Source of the DNA: Trichinella spiralis
Taxonomy: Eukaryota
Direction: 5' to 3'
DNA: 64,000 bases
Assembly (NCBI RefSeq): GCF_000181795.1
Contig: NW_003526948.1
Span: 512,809-576,808 of the forward strand
Shown: one piece after another, positions 1 to 19,903 of the stretch
How the letters are laid out: each line of letters starts with the position of its first letter
Numbering within the stretch: position 1 is the first letter of the stretch
Position numbers and translations under genes: made by a program
Notes under the pieces: generated by a model
Database searches by the model: none
Told to the model about the DNA's origin: nothing
The model's input: the letters and a program-made list of their open reading frames with translations, nothing else

Positions 1-480
1 GCTTCGTGTCGTCCGCGATCTGCTTCGTGCCGTCCCGTTTTCACTTCTTCTTTTCTTCATTGATCATATCTGTAAGAATGGTAAATGTTAAATCAAAATT
101 TTTCGCACTTTATTACACAGTGGAATTAAAAAACTGAACAAATAATTTAGAAAGGAAAGAAGTAACTGATTTTCAATTAAAGATAACCTTAACAAAATGA
201 TTATATATAGAGAGTTTCGAAAAAAAAAGTAACAACGAGAAAAGTTTGAATACTTTCAACAATTAAAAACCGACTTCAGTAGTTACTTAACGGGAACGTT
301 TGACGGTTGACGATGCTGTTACTTGCCACGCAAGTAAAACAAACAAGCGCACCGTTACTGATTGATGATAAAGCAATTTTCAAGCGATCCTCATTTGCAT
401 ACTGTAGCGATAGAAATCGGTTTGAGTTGATTGGAAAATTTTCTGACGAGGAGTTAATTCTAATCGAACGCTATGAAATT
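1..480 (-). repeat. Copy A of a diverged, locally triplicated unit (possible small spliced gene; runs off the left edge)
   Basis: Shares blocks with 790-1230, e.g. TCTGCTTCGTGCCGTCC/TCTGCTTCATGCCGTCC, AAACCGACTTCAG.AG.TACTTAACG and ATTTGCATA.TG.AGCG. The minus strand has a GTATT donor near 253 and a CAG acceptor near 70, followed by ATG-KKRRSENGTARSRSRTTRS. Confidence 0.6.
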
Positions 481-689
481 AGGAAAATTGAAACCTCAAG
501 CACAGCGAACCGCTTATCAAGAAAATGTGTAGCATTAGATGAAATTCATTTCAGTTTACTTGAAAAAGGAGTTGAAATGCACAGTTAAAGTCAACCATTG
601 AGGTCTATTTACAAATTCATAAATGTCAACCTAATATGAAAAACATAAATGACGGTTTTACAGTGAAAAATATCTTACTTATATGTTAC

Positions 690-1230
690 ATACTACAAAC
701 TTGGGTAATTTCATTAAACTAAGGAATAACTTCACCCTTTCGAAGTATCATTAGCCTTGCTTTACAGATCCACAAGAAATGGCATTTACCTCTTGCCTTC
801 TCTTGTTCTGCTTCATGCCGTCCGTGTTTTCACATTTTCTTTGCTCCATTCTTTAAACCTGCAATAATGATATTAAATTAAAACAATCCTCACTTTATCA
901 CAAAGTAGAATTACAACAAATATAATAATTAAGTGCTACCTAATTAAAAAATAATTGTGTACACAATGTGTATACAAAGTTTTAAAAAAATGAAAAGCAG
1001 AAAAGCAAAATACTTGTCAATAATTCTGAAACCGACTTCAGCAGCTACTTAACGCCCGTAATGAACTCAGAGAACGTTCAACGATGCTACTAATAGCCAC
1101 GTAAATTAAACAAACAAACGCATCCTTACTGATGATAAGGCAGCGTTATAGCGATAGTTATTTGCATAATGCAGCGTTGGAAACCGGTTTTTAGTGCGTT
1201 AGAACTTTCGGCTGAAGATTCTAAGCTAAG
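690..1230 (-). repeat. Copy B of the triplicated unit (possible ~30 aa spliced peptide gene or ncRNA)
   Basis: Colinear similarity to copy A at an offset of ~770-790 bp. The minus-strand acceptor near 859 is followed by MEQRKCENTDGMKQNKRRQE and a GTAAAT donor near 789; a next candidate exon reads FNEITQVCSM*. Confidence 0.55.
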
Positions 1231-1749
1231 CTTCTAACCTAAGCTAGATATATAATAATAGATAAACAATGCGTACCGGGTGTATTTAATCAAACTTAAT
1301 TGTACGCAAATTTGGCGTTTATTAAGTCACCTATCATCGCATTTTGAGAATTCTTCATAGAGAATATATTGAGAAATTATGTTCATTGTCGATTCTCAAT
1401 TGCACTGTTAAGTGATTATGACTTAAAAATGATAAAACTGCCACTTACTGCTAAATTCGGCATTTTCTCTTTGTTCATGTTCATGCTCTTTCGGTGTTGA
1501 TTAAAAAATTATTTTTTAGAAATTATTCCAAAAAATAATAATGAATGGAAAGCAAGTTTGTGTTTGACTTCAATGTTTGCCTTCAGTCAATTTTCCAATC
1601 AAAACGCTGAGCTACCATCCACGGACGGCCTCAAACTGAAATGATTTCTATTATGTCAATAAAGCAAAGGGCCTCGCATGCAAATTTTTATTTTATTCAT
1701 TTCTGGTGATAAATAAGACTACTGTATATTTTTCATTGCTCAGGCGGAA

Positions 1750-2260
1750 AGAAATGCCGTGTTTGGGCGAAATATGTTCAGTTGTGGTGGAATAATGGGC
1801 TTCTATAGTTGGCACTTTGCCTATCTCAGTACATAGGTAATCGAGCCACTTGATTTCAAATATTTTGAGAACTATGCAACTAGGAACAGCGGGAACAAGT
1901 TCATTGTACTTGTGTAATCGTACCTGATCGATTGATGCCCATTACTTCCATTTTTGGACTCTCTGCTTTTTCTCGAACATTACAAATTTCATGGGCTATA
2001 GACTTGCTTTTTAATGAAAAATGGCGAAACCATTTTTGTCAAAATTTCCACTTTGTTGCATGTTACGTATTCGCATTTATTAACGATAATGTTATGCAAA
2101 GTTCCATCCGAAACTGTCCACTATTTTTGGAATAATAGGCCTCTAAAGTTGACTCATTGCCTATCTTTATACATGGGGATGCTTCCCACTTTTTTTGGGA
2201 TATATTTCGAGAAATCCCCAACTAGGAACTTTGAGGATATGCTCATTGTAATTCTCTAAT
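1750..2260 (-). repeat. Dispersed repeat with a ~335-340 bp internal unit (possible non-autonomous Helitron/Helentron-like element)
   Basis: The reverse complement contains AAGATAGGCAATGAGTCAACTTTAGAGGCCTATTATTCC and further colinear blocks matching 44080-44400 on plus. The same motif recurs ~340 bp away at ~1790-1827. The repeat is seen directly; the element class is inference. Confidence 0.7.
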
Positions 2261-3264
2261 AGTGTGATGTTATGCTTTTGTTACGTCTGTAAGAGCTGTA
2301 ACTCTTTTCTTTTATTGTGTTTTTGTAATTGAAGATGGTTTCAGTCAATAACAAATGCAAACAAGAACAAAAATGAAAAACAGTAATAAAAGCAAATTTT
2401 TAAACAATCAGATAAAAAAGAAATGATATTTTGAAAAAAGAGATGAAAAAATTTTTTAACTGTATTTATAAAATACTAAATTATGAAACTATAATAAAAC
2501 GTAAAAGAAAAAATATGAAAGCAAAAAAAATAGAAAAAGGAATAAATGAAATATACTGTAAGCATCAAGCAAAAAACGTACTAACATAAAATGAAAATAA
2601 AGTAGCTTCCAGAAAAGGAAATCATATTTTCCAATTTCGATTTATTTCAGGTGACTAATGTTTGGTACGATCATGCTGGTTGATGATGTTCATTTCATTC
2701 TTCATATCTTTCTTATTTATTGTATTAATACTGTGACGGCGACCGTGAAATTCTACTTGCATATCACGTTCACGGTCACAATACGTGGTGCTGCGTATTT
2801 GAGAGTACGTAATCAATGCATCATCAGTTGATTTACTTTCAAATTGATGTTAAAAGATATAAATGAAAAAGAATGAAAAATAGTAACTGGCAAAACTTGA
2901 ACATGACAACAAATATGAAATTAAAAGAAACAAAATTAAATTTCAATGCATGAACAAACTATTTTCAACTGTAATAAAAAAAACTTTCTTTTGAAAACAA
3001 TTAAAAGATGCAGCCCTGAACGAATGAATGAAGGCATGAAAAAATGAAAACAAACGTAAATGAGCAAGTGAAAATGTGAAGCTATTGTGATTCATGAAAG
3101 AAATTGCATACATAAATTTTAATGTCATTAATCGCAAACACTGTATCAACAGAAATCTGAACCGTGTAGTATAAGTTAAGTTAATTTAGCAAAGCAAAAC
3201 ATCATCTTTTCAAAGCATTAAAATCGCAGAGTTATAGAAACGATAGCACAAAGAGAGCTGCACT

Positions 3265-3700
3265 TACAATTTGACTTCAGTTACGTACCGTGACTTTACT
3301 TTTTCTTGACGTTGTTCTTCATATCTACAAAAATGATAAACATTAAACCAAATGTTCACTTTGCCATACAGTAAGTTGCAAATTAGATGTTAAAATTAAA
3401 AGTGAATTCTAAAATGCAATAAATAACTGAATCTTAATTAACCGCATCCTTCTCAAAATGCGGAAACTATATCTTAAAAGAAAACAAATGGAAAATTTGA
3501 ATTTTTTTCAGTAATTAAATATGGGCACCAGATGCTGCAACACCAACTCAATAATGACCCGTGAGAACGTTATCTGACAGTACTTCTTGCACATTAGACA
3601 AACAACGCTGAAGTAGCTTTGCTCGTCTGAGCATAACAACGCCAAACCTCAACGCGGAATTATTTTATTTCTTTATGAAAATGAATTCTAATCGAATCCC
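3265..3700 (-). repeat. Copy C (most diverged) of the triplicated unit
   Basis: Similar acceptor region (CATATCTACAAAAATGATAAACATTAAA vs CATATCTGTAAGAATGGTAAATGTTAAA in copy A). TAATGA.C...GAGAACGTT is shared with copy B and AATTCTAATCGAA with copy A. Confidence 0.5.
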
Positions 3701-5199
3701 AATAATTGGATTGAAACTGAGCTTGGATTATGCATTTATTATGGCTATACAATTTCTACGGTTTGTAAATCTGTTATTTATTAGAGAACCTTTTAGATTT
3801 CAGACGAAGCTAACTACTAAACTACAGTAGTTTTCGAGTAAATGTCTGCTAAATTTGGCACATTGTCCATGATAATACACAAGAATGCAGCCAGTCTAGA
3901 TGCACTTTTTCGGCATTATGTCGACAACGCTAAGACTTAGAGAAATAATGTAATTGCTGATTTTTGAAATACATATATCACTGACATTCTTCAACTTCAT
4001 ACAATAATTATCCAATGATTTATTTAACTACGCTGAACTTACATTTCAAAGAACTTTTGCTTTAATATAAGTGGAAGAATAAATTTTTTGATAAATAAAA
4101 CTTTGTTAAACGTATGCCCATTCACTTTTTCTGAGACTACAATTTTGCAACTATTTTGCAACTTTTGATTTGAATTTTGCAACTATTGTTGATAATGCAT
4201 CACTTTTTTATTATTTATAAACCAACATATTTCCTTTTTTGAAAACGAATATTAAAACAATTATTATGACTATTTTATTCATTATATACATTGTTTTCTA
4301 AAATTTTTATAACTCATGTAACCCGCTCTGCACTTTCAACTGTAACAAAGCAGTCATCAGTAAGTAGGTTAGATACTGAAAAGATAACACTTTTCTTTTG
4401 TATGTATAGATACATGAGTTTTCAAAATTTTTATCTAAATAAAATACTTTATTATAGTTGGTATATTAAAGTAACGATGATTCTGATAGATCAAAAACGT
4501 GCACAGTACTATATAATGTGCAGTTATGCATTCGTGCAATGTTAGATGAACAGTTTTCAACAAATATGTTATTTCTCTGCAAAAAGTATAGGCATTCTGA
4601 ATAGGTGCATCAGGAAAAATATTTTTCAAAGAACTGAATTGAAATTAAAGGCAAAAAAAACTCAGAAACTCAGAATAGTGCATTGTCTATTCTTAATTAC
4701 AAAGAGGTGCATCTTCCAAAATGTACTTATGAATTCAGTCTTTGAGTAAGTCCAGTTTGCTTTTTGAGCTACACTGTAATGCCAACTGATGAACAAATCC
4801 CATACACTAGTGTTTGAACTGGAGACATTATTGAACTCTGAACGATCTAGTTCAATTCTGCAACCAGTCGACCAATCAAATTAATTATAGGCGTGACAGA
4901 AGGGAGTGGCATTCATCTGGTTAGTAAAGTTCTTAAAAAGAGTATGTAGTCATTGATTCCTGGTATAAGCTTAATTTTCACAGCGCCATCACATCCAGCT
5001 AGACACAAGAAATTACCGTTTTTCATTGCGCTTTTTGACAGTGCAAATCAGCCGACAAAACAAAGAAACGATCAATGATGCATTGGAGGAAGCATTTCCT
5101 TCTTGGCTTCATTGTATCATGTTCGTATGTAATAAACACGAGAGCTATGATTTACTTTTTACCAAGTACGTATTTTCAATGTGTACAAACACACGTACA

Positions 5200-5202
<3 letters not shown>

Positions 5203-5235
<33 letters not shown>

Positions 5236-5245
5236 TATATATATG
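5203..5245. repeat. (AT)n microsatellite
   Basis: Directly visible AT dinucleotide run. Confidence 0.9.
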
Positions 5246-7492
5246 TATGCTATATTTAAATGTTAATGATAAATAACATTAATTTCAATGATCTCGTTTC
5301 ATGTCTCGTTGTAAATAATTTGCATAACATTGGATTACTATATTTTGTTTTGCATATTACTGTTTGTTTTCAATTTTGTATTGTACAGTAATAAAAATAC
5401 AATTAAATAATTGAAAGAGGAAAGACTATTTGTATTTTGCACATATAAAGTTTATGGACAGCAAAATTAATGCAAGCTTCTATATTTGTTAATGTACAAC
5501 GGTTTGTCATTAATTTATAACGTTTTTTATGTTCATTATAAAAATGGTGAAAACTGACATTCATAATGGTGCTAGACGATAATACTTGTAAAAATTTACT
5601 TCTAGATCAGCATGTGAACAAATAAATAATCTTATGCATAATTAAAATTACAATAAAAGAGTGCCTTAGCTTTCACGTATATGCATTTTATTAATTTCTT
5701 CATTTTGAATAAACAATTGAATAAATCACTGGATAAATGAGGTGATCACACGTATAGGAAATAACTATTTCTGAGCATATGCAATGCACTTATTTGTAAA
5801 TTTAAATTAAAGTTAAATGTTTCAGTAATGAAAAGGCAACTTATGATCATGATAATAAAAAATATTCTGCATTTCTTCTTTTACAAAATATTGCAACAAT
5901 AAAGAAGAGAAGATTTTTGTTGTTTTTTTCTCATTACAATAATATTACTTTCTTCGTTTGGATATGAAATTTTTATACAAACAATTTTCCCCTGCAAAGC
6001 TAATTTTGCATAAAATTAATTTCTGCCAGTCCAGTGCTGTATGTATTGCAATTATTAATAAATCATGTTCAAATAAATTTGAAATATTTTCCAATAAATT
6101 CAGCACTGTATGAGCTCATGCATGCAGAAAGCTCTCGAGATGCAAGTCTTATATTTAGTTGTAATTTTTTCACTTAAGGTGTGCTTACTTTTCAGGATTT
6201 AGAAAATTGTGCTTCAACGAATGGATTATTGATTACAGTATTTATGACAGAGAACGCTGAAATGAGCTTCGAAATTAGTAATTATTGCAATGCGCACGAA
6301 TCATAGGTCAGACCAAATTGGGCTTTCAATAGACATGATAACAACTTCAAAACTGCTCATGGTTAAGATGAAATTCATTATTCAGACAAATTTTCTGTAT
6401 AAGTTGCATTCATAACCTAAATAATTAAATTGATTCATCTGCTTGAAGAAATCTGTAGGGCTGTTTGAGAAGTGAAGTGCCAAAGCTTTAATGCTTAAAG
6501 CCATGACGTGTTTGCATGATCAACTTCAGTGCAATCAATTCGACCGTGTCATAATTTGTTTTTGCATTTAAGGAAATTTACTGCATCATCTTATTTTGAA
6601 AAGCTTTTTTCTCTGAACATGAACAAACAAGAATAAAGAAAAAGATGTTTCTTTCTTTGCATATTAACAATGTACTTATTATCGACTACGATAACACGAA
6701 TTCACTTTTCAAAATACTTTTTGTTTGACTAACTGGAATTGATAACTTGAAAAGTGAATATTTTGTATTGTGAATGATATTTTGCTGAATTTATTTTTAA
6801 AATAATTTAAAATGTAAATGCATTTTTGCTTTTTGCATGTTGCAATTGTTTCGTTTCTAATTTAATAGCATAAATATTAATTAATATAATAATCACAGGT
6901 CCAAATTAAATTTATCCAAAATACGATTATTCAGCATATAGTTTCATTTTATGCTGAATAATTGGATTAAATTGATCAATTCGTGATTTTTTCCATTCAC
7001 TTCGTCAATACGGATACAACTGTTTGACATGTGTTATACGTGAAAGCGCTGCTTATAGATGATTTGCAAATTTGCATTTCATATTCGCCAGAATTGTCAT
7101 TTATTGAAATTCGATTCGACTCCTCCATTCGACCATTTTGATTCGACAACAGAGTTGACAATTTTCCTAACTGCTAGTTTTGTCTGTTGAACTGTCGTCA
7201 CAAATATTGAATATTTATTTAATAACATTTTTAAATAAAAATGAAAATGATAAATAAATAAAAAATCCAAAAAGTTCAACTGGAAAACTTGAGGAGTAAA
7301 TATTTCAGGTGAATTTTCCAAAGTTCCATCGGCAGTGCAATCAATATACATCGATTATTATATAGAGCCTTCTATTTATTGAATAGCAACCAAAGCACTT
7401 TCAACTTTAAGAAACTTAACTTCAATAAAAATAAAATATTAATTCAAATAATTTATGTTAATATTTTAGTTGAAATGTTCGAATATTTTCAG

Positions 7493-7803
7493 CGCACACG
7501 TACCCAGATCATTCGTCGCAGACATTTACCCCGGAAAAGAAGATCGAAAATGAAAATCAGACGGAAAATTTCAAAAATGATAAATTGGAAATTTTCAAAG
7601 AAATTCGAAGATCAAGTTCGGCTAGCTGTGAGTCGATTCTCAAAATTATAGAAGCCAACGTTGAGTCCATTCGGGCCAAAACGGAAACAGACGACGAAGA
7701 AAGCTGGAGGCAATATGCCCGTGACTATGTTTACAAAAATTTAGATGACATCATTCGCTGTGTTCGTGTTTTGACTTCTAAGCAGCGACTGCTGCTCTTG
7801 TGA
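7493..7803 (+). CDS. Probable terminal coding exon of an unrecognised small protein
   Basis: TTTTCAG acceptor ending at 7492, then ~100 open codons of protein-like composition (HTYPDHSSQTFTPEKK...EESWRQYARDYVYKNLDDIIRCVRVLTSKQRLLLL*). Upstream exons not resolved. Confidence 0.4.
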
Positions 7804-8233
7804 TTGCTGTTCAGCATTAAATAATTCATAATTATAATTTGTTAACAAATTCACATACTTCTACCACCAACCAGCCCAAACATACCGTTTTAAAATAACA
7901 ACAGCATCTGAAGAACAATTTCTCCTTGAACTATTTATGGTATTTTCAAAAAAAAGAAAGATACTGAATGCATTGCCCAAATTACTGAAACAATAATTTA
8001 TCTGAACTTGAAAATTTAACATTTGTTCCCTGCAGACATGTTCCATTGAAAAAAATGAAGAATAATGAAAGAATATTTCTTCAAAGAAAAGTTGCCAAAT
8101 TGTACATGTGCAAATTTTCTCATTAATTATTTGTTGCTGTTGCTTGCTGAAATTCATTTCGTGAATATATTTTTTTATTGCTTGTAGATCTTTTTTACAT
8201 TTTACTGTTATAATTTGAAAAAATGCTATGTAC

Positions 8234-8833
8234 CAGGGACAGGCAAACTTTTTATACCACCAACCCTTCATGGATTCCTTGATGCCCCATCGACCCCCAA
8301 GCTCGCAAAATAAATATTATTATTAATACTAAATTTTTTTAATTATAAAGTATCCTTTACCCTTTTCACTTTTAGTGATTCTCGATCGGATTCATTTCAC
8401 CTTTACGTTCAATTATGCTTTTTTCATTTTGCATATCTGTTCCTATGATGGCCTATAATTCATGTGAATAATAATGTTAATAACTTCATGATGAAGTTAA
8501 AGGTAGTCGATAATTATTTATTTAACTATTATGATCATTTGGCACCGTTAATGAGAAGGATGTGCTTGATGAGTAGCAGCAAGGGAATTGATATTTGGCT
8601 GGAGATTGGTGAGTTTTAGGCGTGAGTCACCACGCATTTCCAAATTCAGTCTGTTCCTGCGCTTTGTATCTTTTTTCTGTGGTGCCCCTTGATAGTTCAG
8701 AAAATTATAAATTACTGTTACAAAATAGTTCTCCACGAAATATATTCCTCAAATGGGATTTCAAAGTACATATTCGACCCTTAAGCCTTTATCGACCCCA
8801 GAGGGTCGATGTCGACCATTTTGGCTAGCCCCG
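8234..8833. mobile_element. Degenerate hAT-like MITE
   Basis: Imperfect terminal inverted repeats (CAGGGACAGGCAAAC vs reverse complement CGGGGCTAGCCAAAA), repeated TCGACCC subterminal motifs and a palindrome ATCGACCCCAGAGGGTCGAT near the right end. No clear 8-bp TSD. Confidence 0.4.
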
Positions 8834-9350
8834 CAAAGCTAGCTACAATGCAAAATTGTGGCCTTTTTTCATACTATAACTTTCGCTCTTTCCCCACGAA
8901 GACATCTTTCACAAATTATAATTCACATCTTCCAGTTGAATCAATACGTTTCAAAAAATATTTAAAAAAAGAAAATACAAACCTGTTCAAAAATAATTCA
9001 CTGCATCACAAATCAATCAAATATTAATCGTGCGTAAGATTGTTCGCGGCAGACAAAGTTTCACGTCGAACAACGGATCAACCACGCCAACGTTTACTTC
9101 AACCATCTAGATGATGCTCGTAAAAATCAAACTTAAATTAACCGGCATTAAAAAAACAAATAAATAAATGAATGAATAACTCCCCGTTTTACTGCTTATT
9201 TTCCAGATGAATTATTTTTACATGGCAGGTTTATGCAAAATGTTGAACAACAATTTGTTTGGGTAAAAATCAACACGGCCATCAGTTATCAATAGAACAA
9301 TAGAATTTATATACAAGAAAATGGAACAAGCAATGTGTGATGCTGCTTTG

Positions 9351-17963
<8,613 letters not shown>

Positions 17964-19175
17964 AGACAAAAATAATGCATTCGCGACAACACCATCTTCT
18001 CCAATAGAAGATAAGTTATCACTCGCTTAGACAAAACACTCTTAAAAAGAAATTAGATTTAATATTCTGAAAATTATATTTCATGTAGTCACTTTAATAA
18101 ATACATTGAATAATTTCAGAAGTTATTAGTTTCGTTGCAAATTCTCTGTATAAACATGTGACATCCTGAAAATGAAAACATTAGTGAAACTGCATGAAAA
18201 TAACTAATCTTAAAAGTTAAACAACGTTTCGTGCAACCTTGTTACTGAACAATAATTAAATGTTTAATGCTGCATGCAATGATTGAACGACTTTTATTTT
18301 CTAAATAATGCACCATCAAAGGTTGGAATAAACTAAAATATATAATTACAACGAAAAATAAGGAAAATCATTAATCCTTTATATAAAAATAAAAATAAGA
18401 ATATTTTTACTTACACAGCATCTTCCACATTGACAGCATCAACACTGTAGGTACTGTAATTTTATAGTAAAAGGCAAGTTTTATTTGATATCAGCGAAGC
18501 AGGTGTTGATTGAAATAATTTTTATTTACAAACGTTGTAAGTATTGGCTATTTATTGTAATTATAAATATATCCAGTATATAATAAAACTATTTAAAGAA
18601 AGCGTTGTTGCTGTCTTTCAACGTTGAAAAAGATTTCATTTCAATATATGTATATGTATATATATTTTAGATTAACTTTTAAAATATTCAAAATTTTTCA
18701 ATTTTAATCCCATTTATTTTTCTTTATTTTAATTTTTTAATATAAGAATAATTCCTTGCTCTGGTTGCGACATAATAAATCATATGTTTATATATGTATG
18801 TAATACCGTGAAATGCCTGCGCAACTGATTTTAATATCGTTCAAACAATTTTGAAAAGCTAGTCATATTTTAAGTAAATAATTAAGTATGGAAGATTGCA
18901 GTTTAATGGTATGATATAAGCTGTAAAAAGTAAAGTAAAGCATCACAATTTATGTTTGTTTTCAGATCAACGAAAACATTTTAAAAGTTGTAACCAATTA
19001 CTGTAAGTTGATCTTGATTTTTATTATCGTAAATGTGAATATTTTTGTTATTGTATATATTGTCAGTCTTGAAGAGAATTGCAATGATATTATTGGATTG
19101 TGTAGATGTTGACTTGTTTCTTATAGTTGAATGATGTGTAAATTCAATGTAACATGCTGTATTTTATTTAGATTA

Positions 19176-19412
19176 ATGATCAGAGGTCATAGGCTACTCA
19201 GGCGTGCAGTTCCGTTCTCTGTCTTTATTGGAAGTAGTGCTTTCGTTTTGTTTTGCTTTCACCGTAACAGTGAATTACGAAGATTTGCCGCCATTAAATT
19301 TCCCACACTGCTTGAATTGTATTACCAGCTGTTAGATATTGACGGTACTCTTAGTGGCAGTAAGCGTCGTCAGCTTGACATTTGTGACTGGGGTTTGGTT
19401 GCAAGCGAATGA
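19176..19412 (+). CDS. CEBPZOS-like: CEBPZOS-like small (78 aa) single-TM, probably mitochondrial, protein
   Basis: ATG 4 nt after a TTTAG acceptor. A basic N-terminus and hydrophobic stretch (AVPFSVFIGSSAFVLFCF) are followed by NSELRRFAAIKFPTLLELYYQ...G...RRQLDICDW. This matches the remembered CEBPZOS pattern SQDFR..M..KYP.ILEVYY.....G..G.RELD...W. Confidence 0.7.
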   Translation: MIRGHRLLRRAVPFSVFIGSSAFVLFCFHRNSELRRFAAIKFPTLLELYYQLLDIDGTLSGSKRRQLDICDWGLVASE

Positions 19413-19627
19413 CAGGTGTTTTATGTGACGGAACATACGTATTATTTCTAGCTTTAGGTATGCTTAGAAAGGTAACTCACCTAACTTTGTATGTTTTTCT
19501 TTATAACTAATTTAATCAATTATCCTCTAGGTGATTTATTACATAATTTGTATTGTAATCCATTTTAGGCATTAATTTATTTATGATTGATAATTTTTTA
19601 AGAGTTAACTTTTTAGGGTTTCATTAA

Positions 19628-19903
19628 ATGTCTGGCCCTTTCAAGAAATCTGTCATACAGCGTGAAGTACCTTTGAAAGGTAGTTTTCCACTTGATCATG
19701 AAGGAGTGTGCAAATTGCCAATGCTAGACTACATGCTCTGTTTGCAAAAAAACGATCAGAACAATCAAAAGTGTCGTATAGAGGCAAAAAATTATTTTGA
19801 ATGTCGTATGAAAAACAATTTGATGATGAAAGAAGACTGGAAAATGCTGGGATTTCATGATACTAAAAGTAATAATGACGATACCAAATGTTCGAAAGAA
19901 TGA
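19628..19903 (+). CDS. COX19: Cytochrome c oxidase assembly protein COX19 (twin CX9C)
   Basis: PLKGSFPLDHEGVC signature, two CX9C motifs, and C-terminal YFECRM..NLM.KEDW..LGF. Intronless CDS. Confidence 0.95.
   Translation: MSGPFKKSVIQREVPLKGSFPLDHEGVCKLPMLDYMLCLQKNDQNNQKCRIEAKNYFECRMKNNLMMKEDWKMLGFHDTKSNNDDTKCSKE

Noticed and set aside
307..588. 93-aa plus-strand ORF
   Set aside because: TTG start, no recognisable motif, and the frame is not kept in the paralogous copy at ~1060-1230.
1932..2259. Two overlapping plus-strand ORFs
   Set aside because: They lie inside the non-coding dispersed repeat and show no transposase motifs.
8535..8640. Vaguely tRNA/SINE-like GC-richer segment
   Set aside because: No convincing A/B boxes (no GTTCRA) and no cloverleaf. 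No tRNA, rRNA or SL RNA gene was recognisable anywhere in the window.
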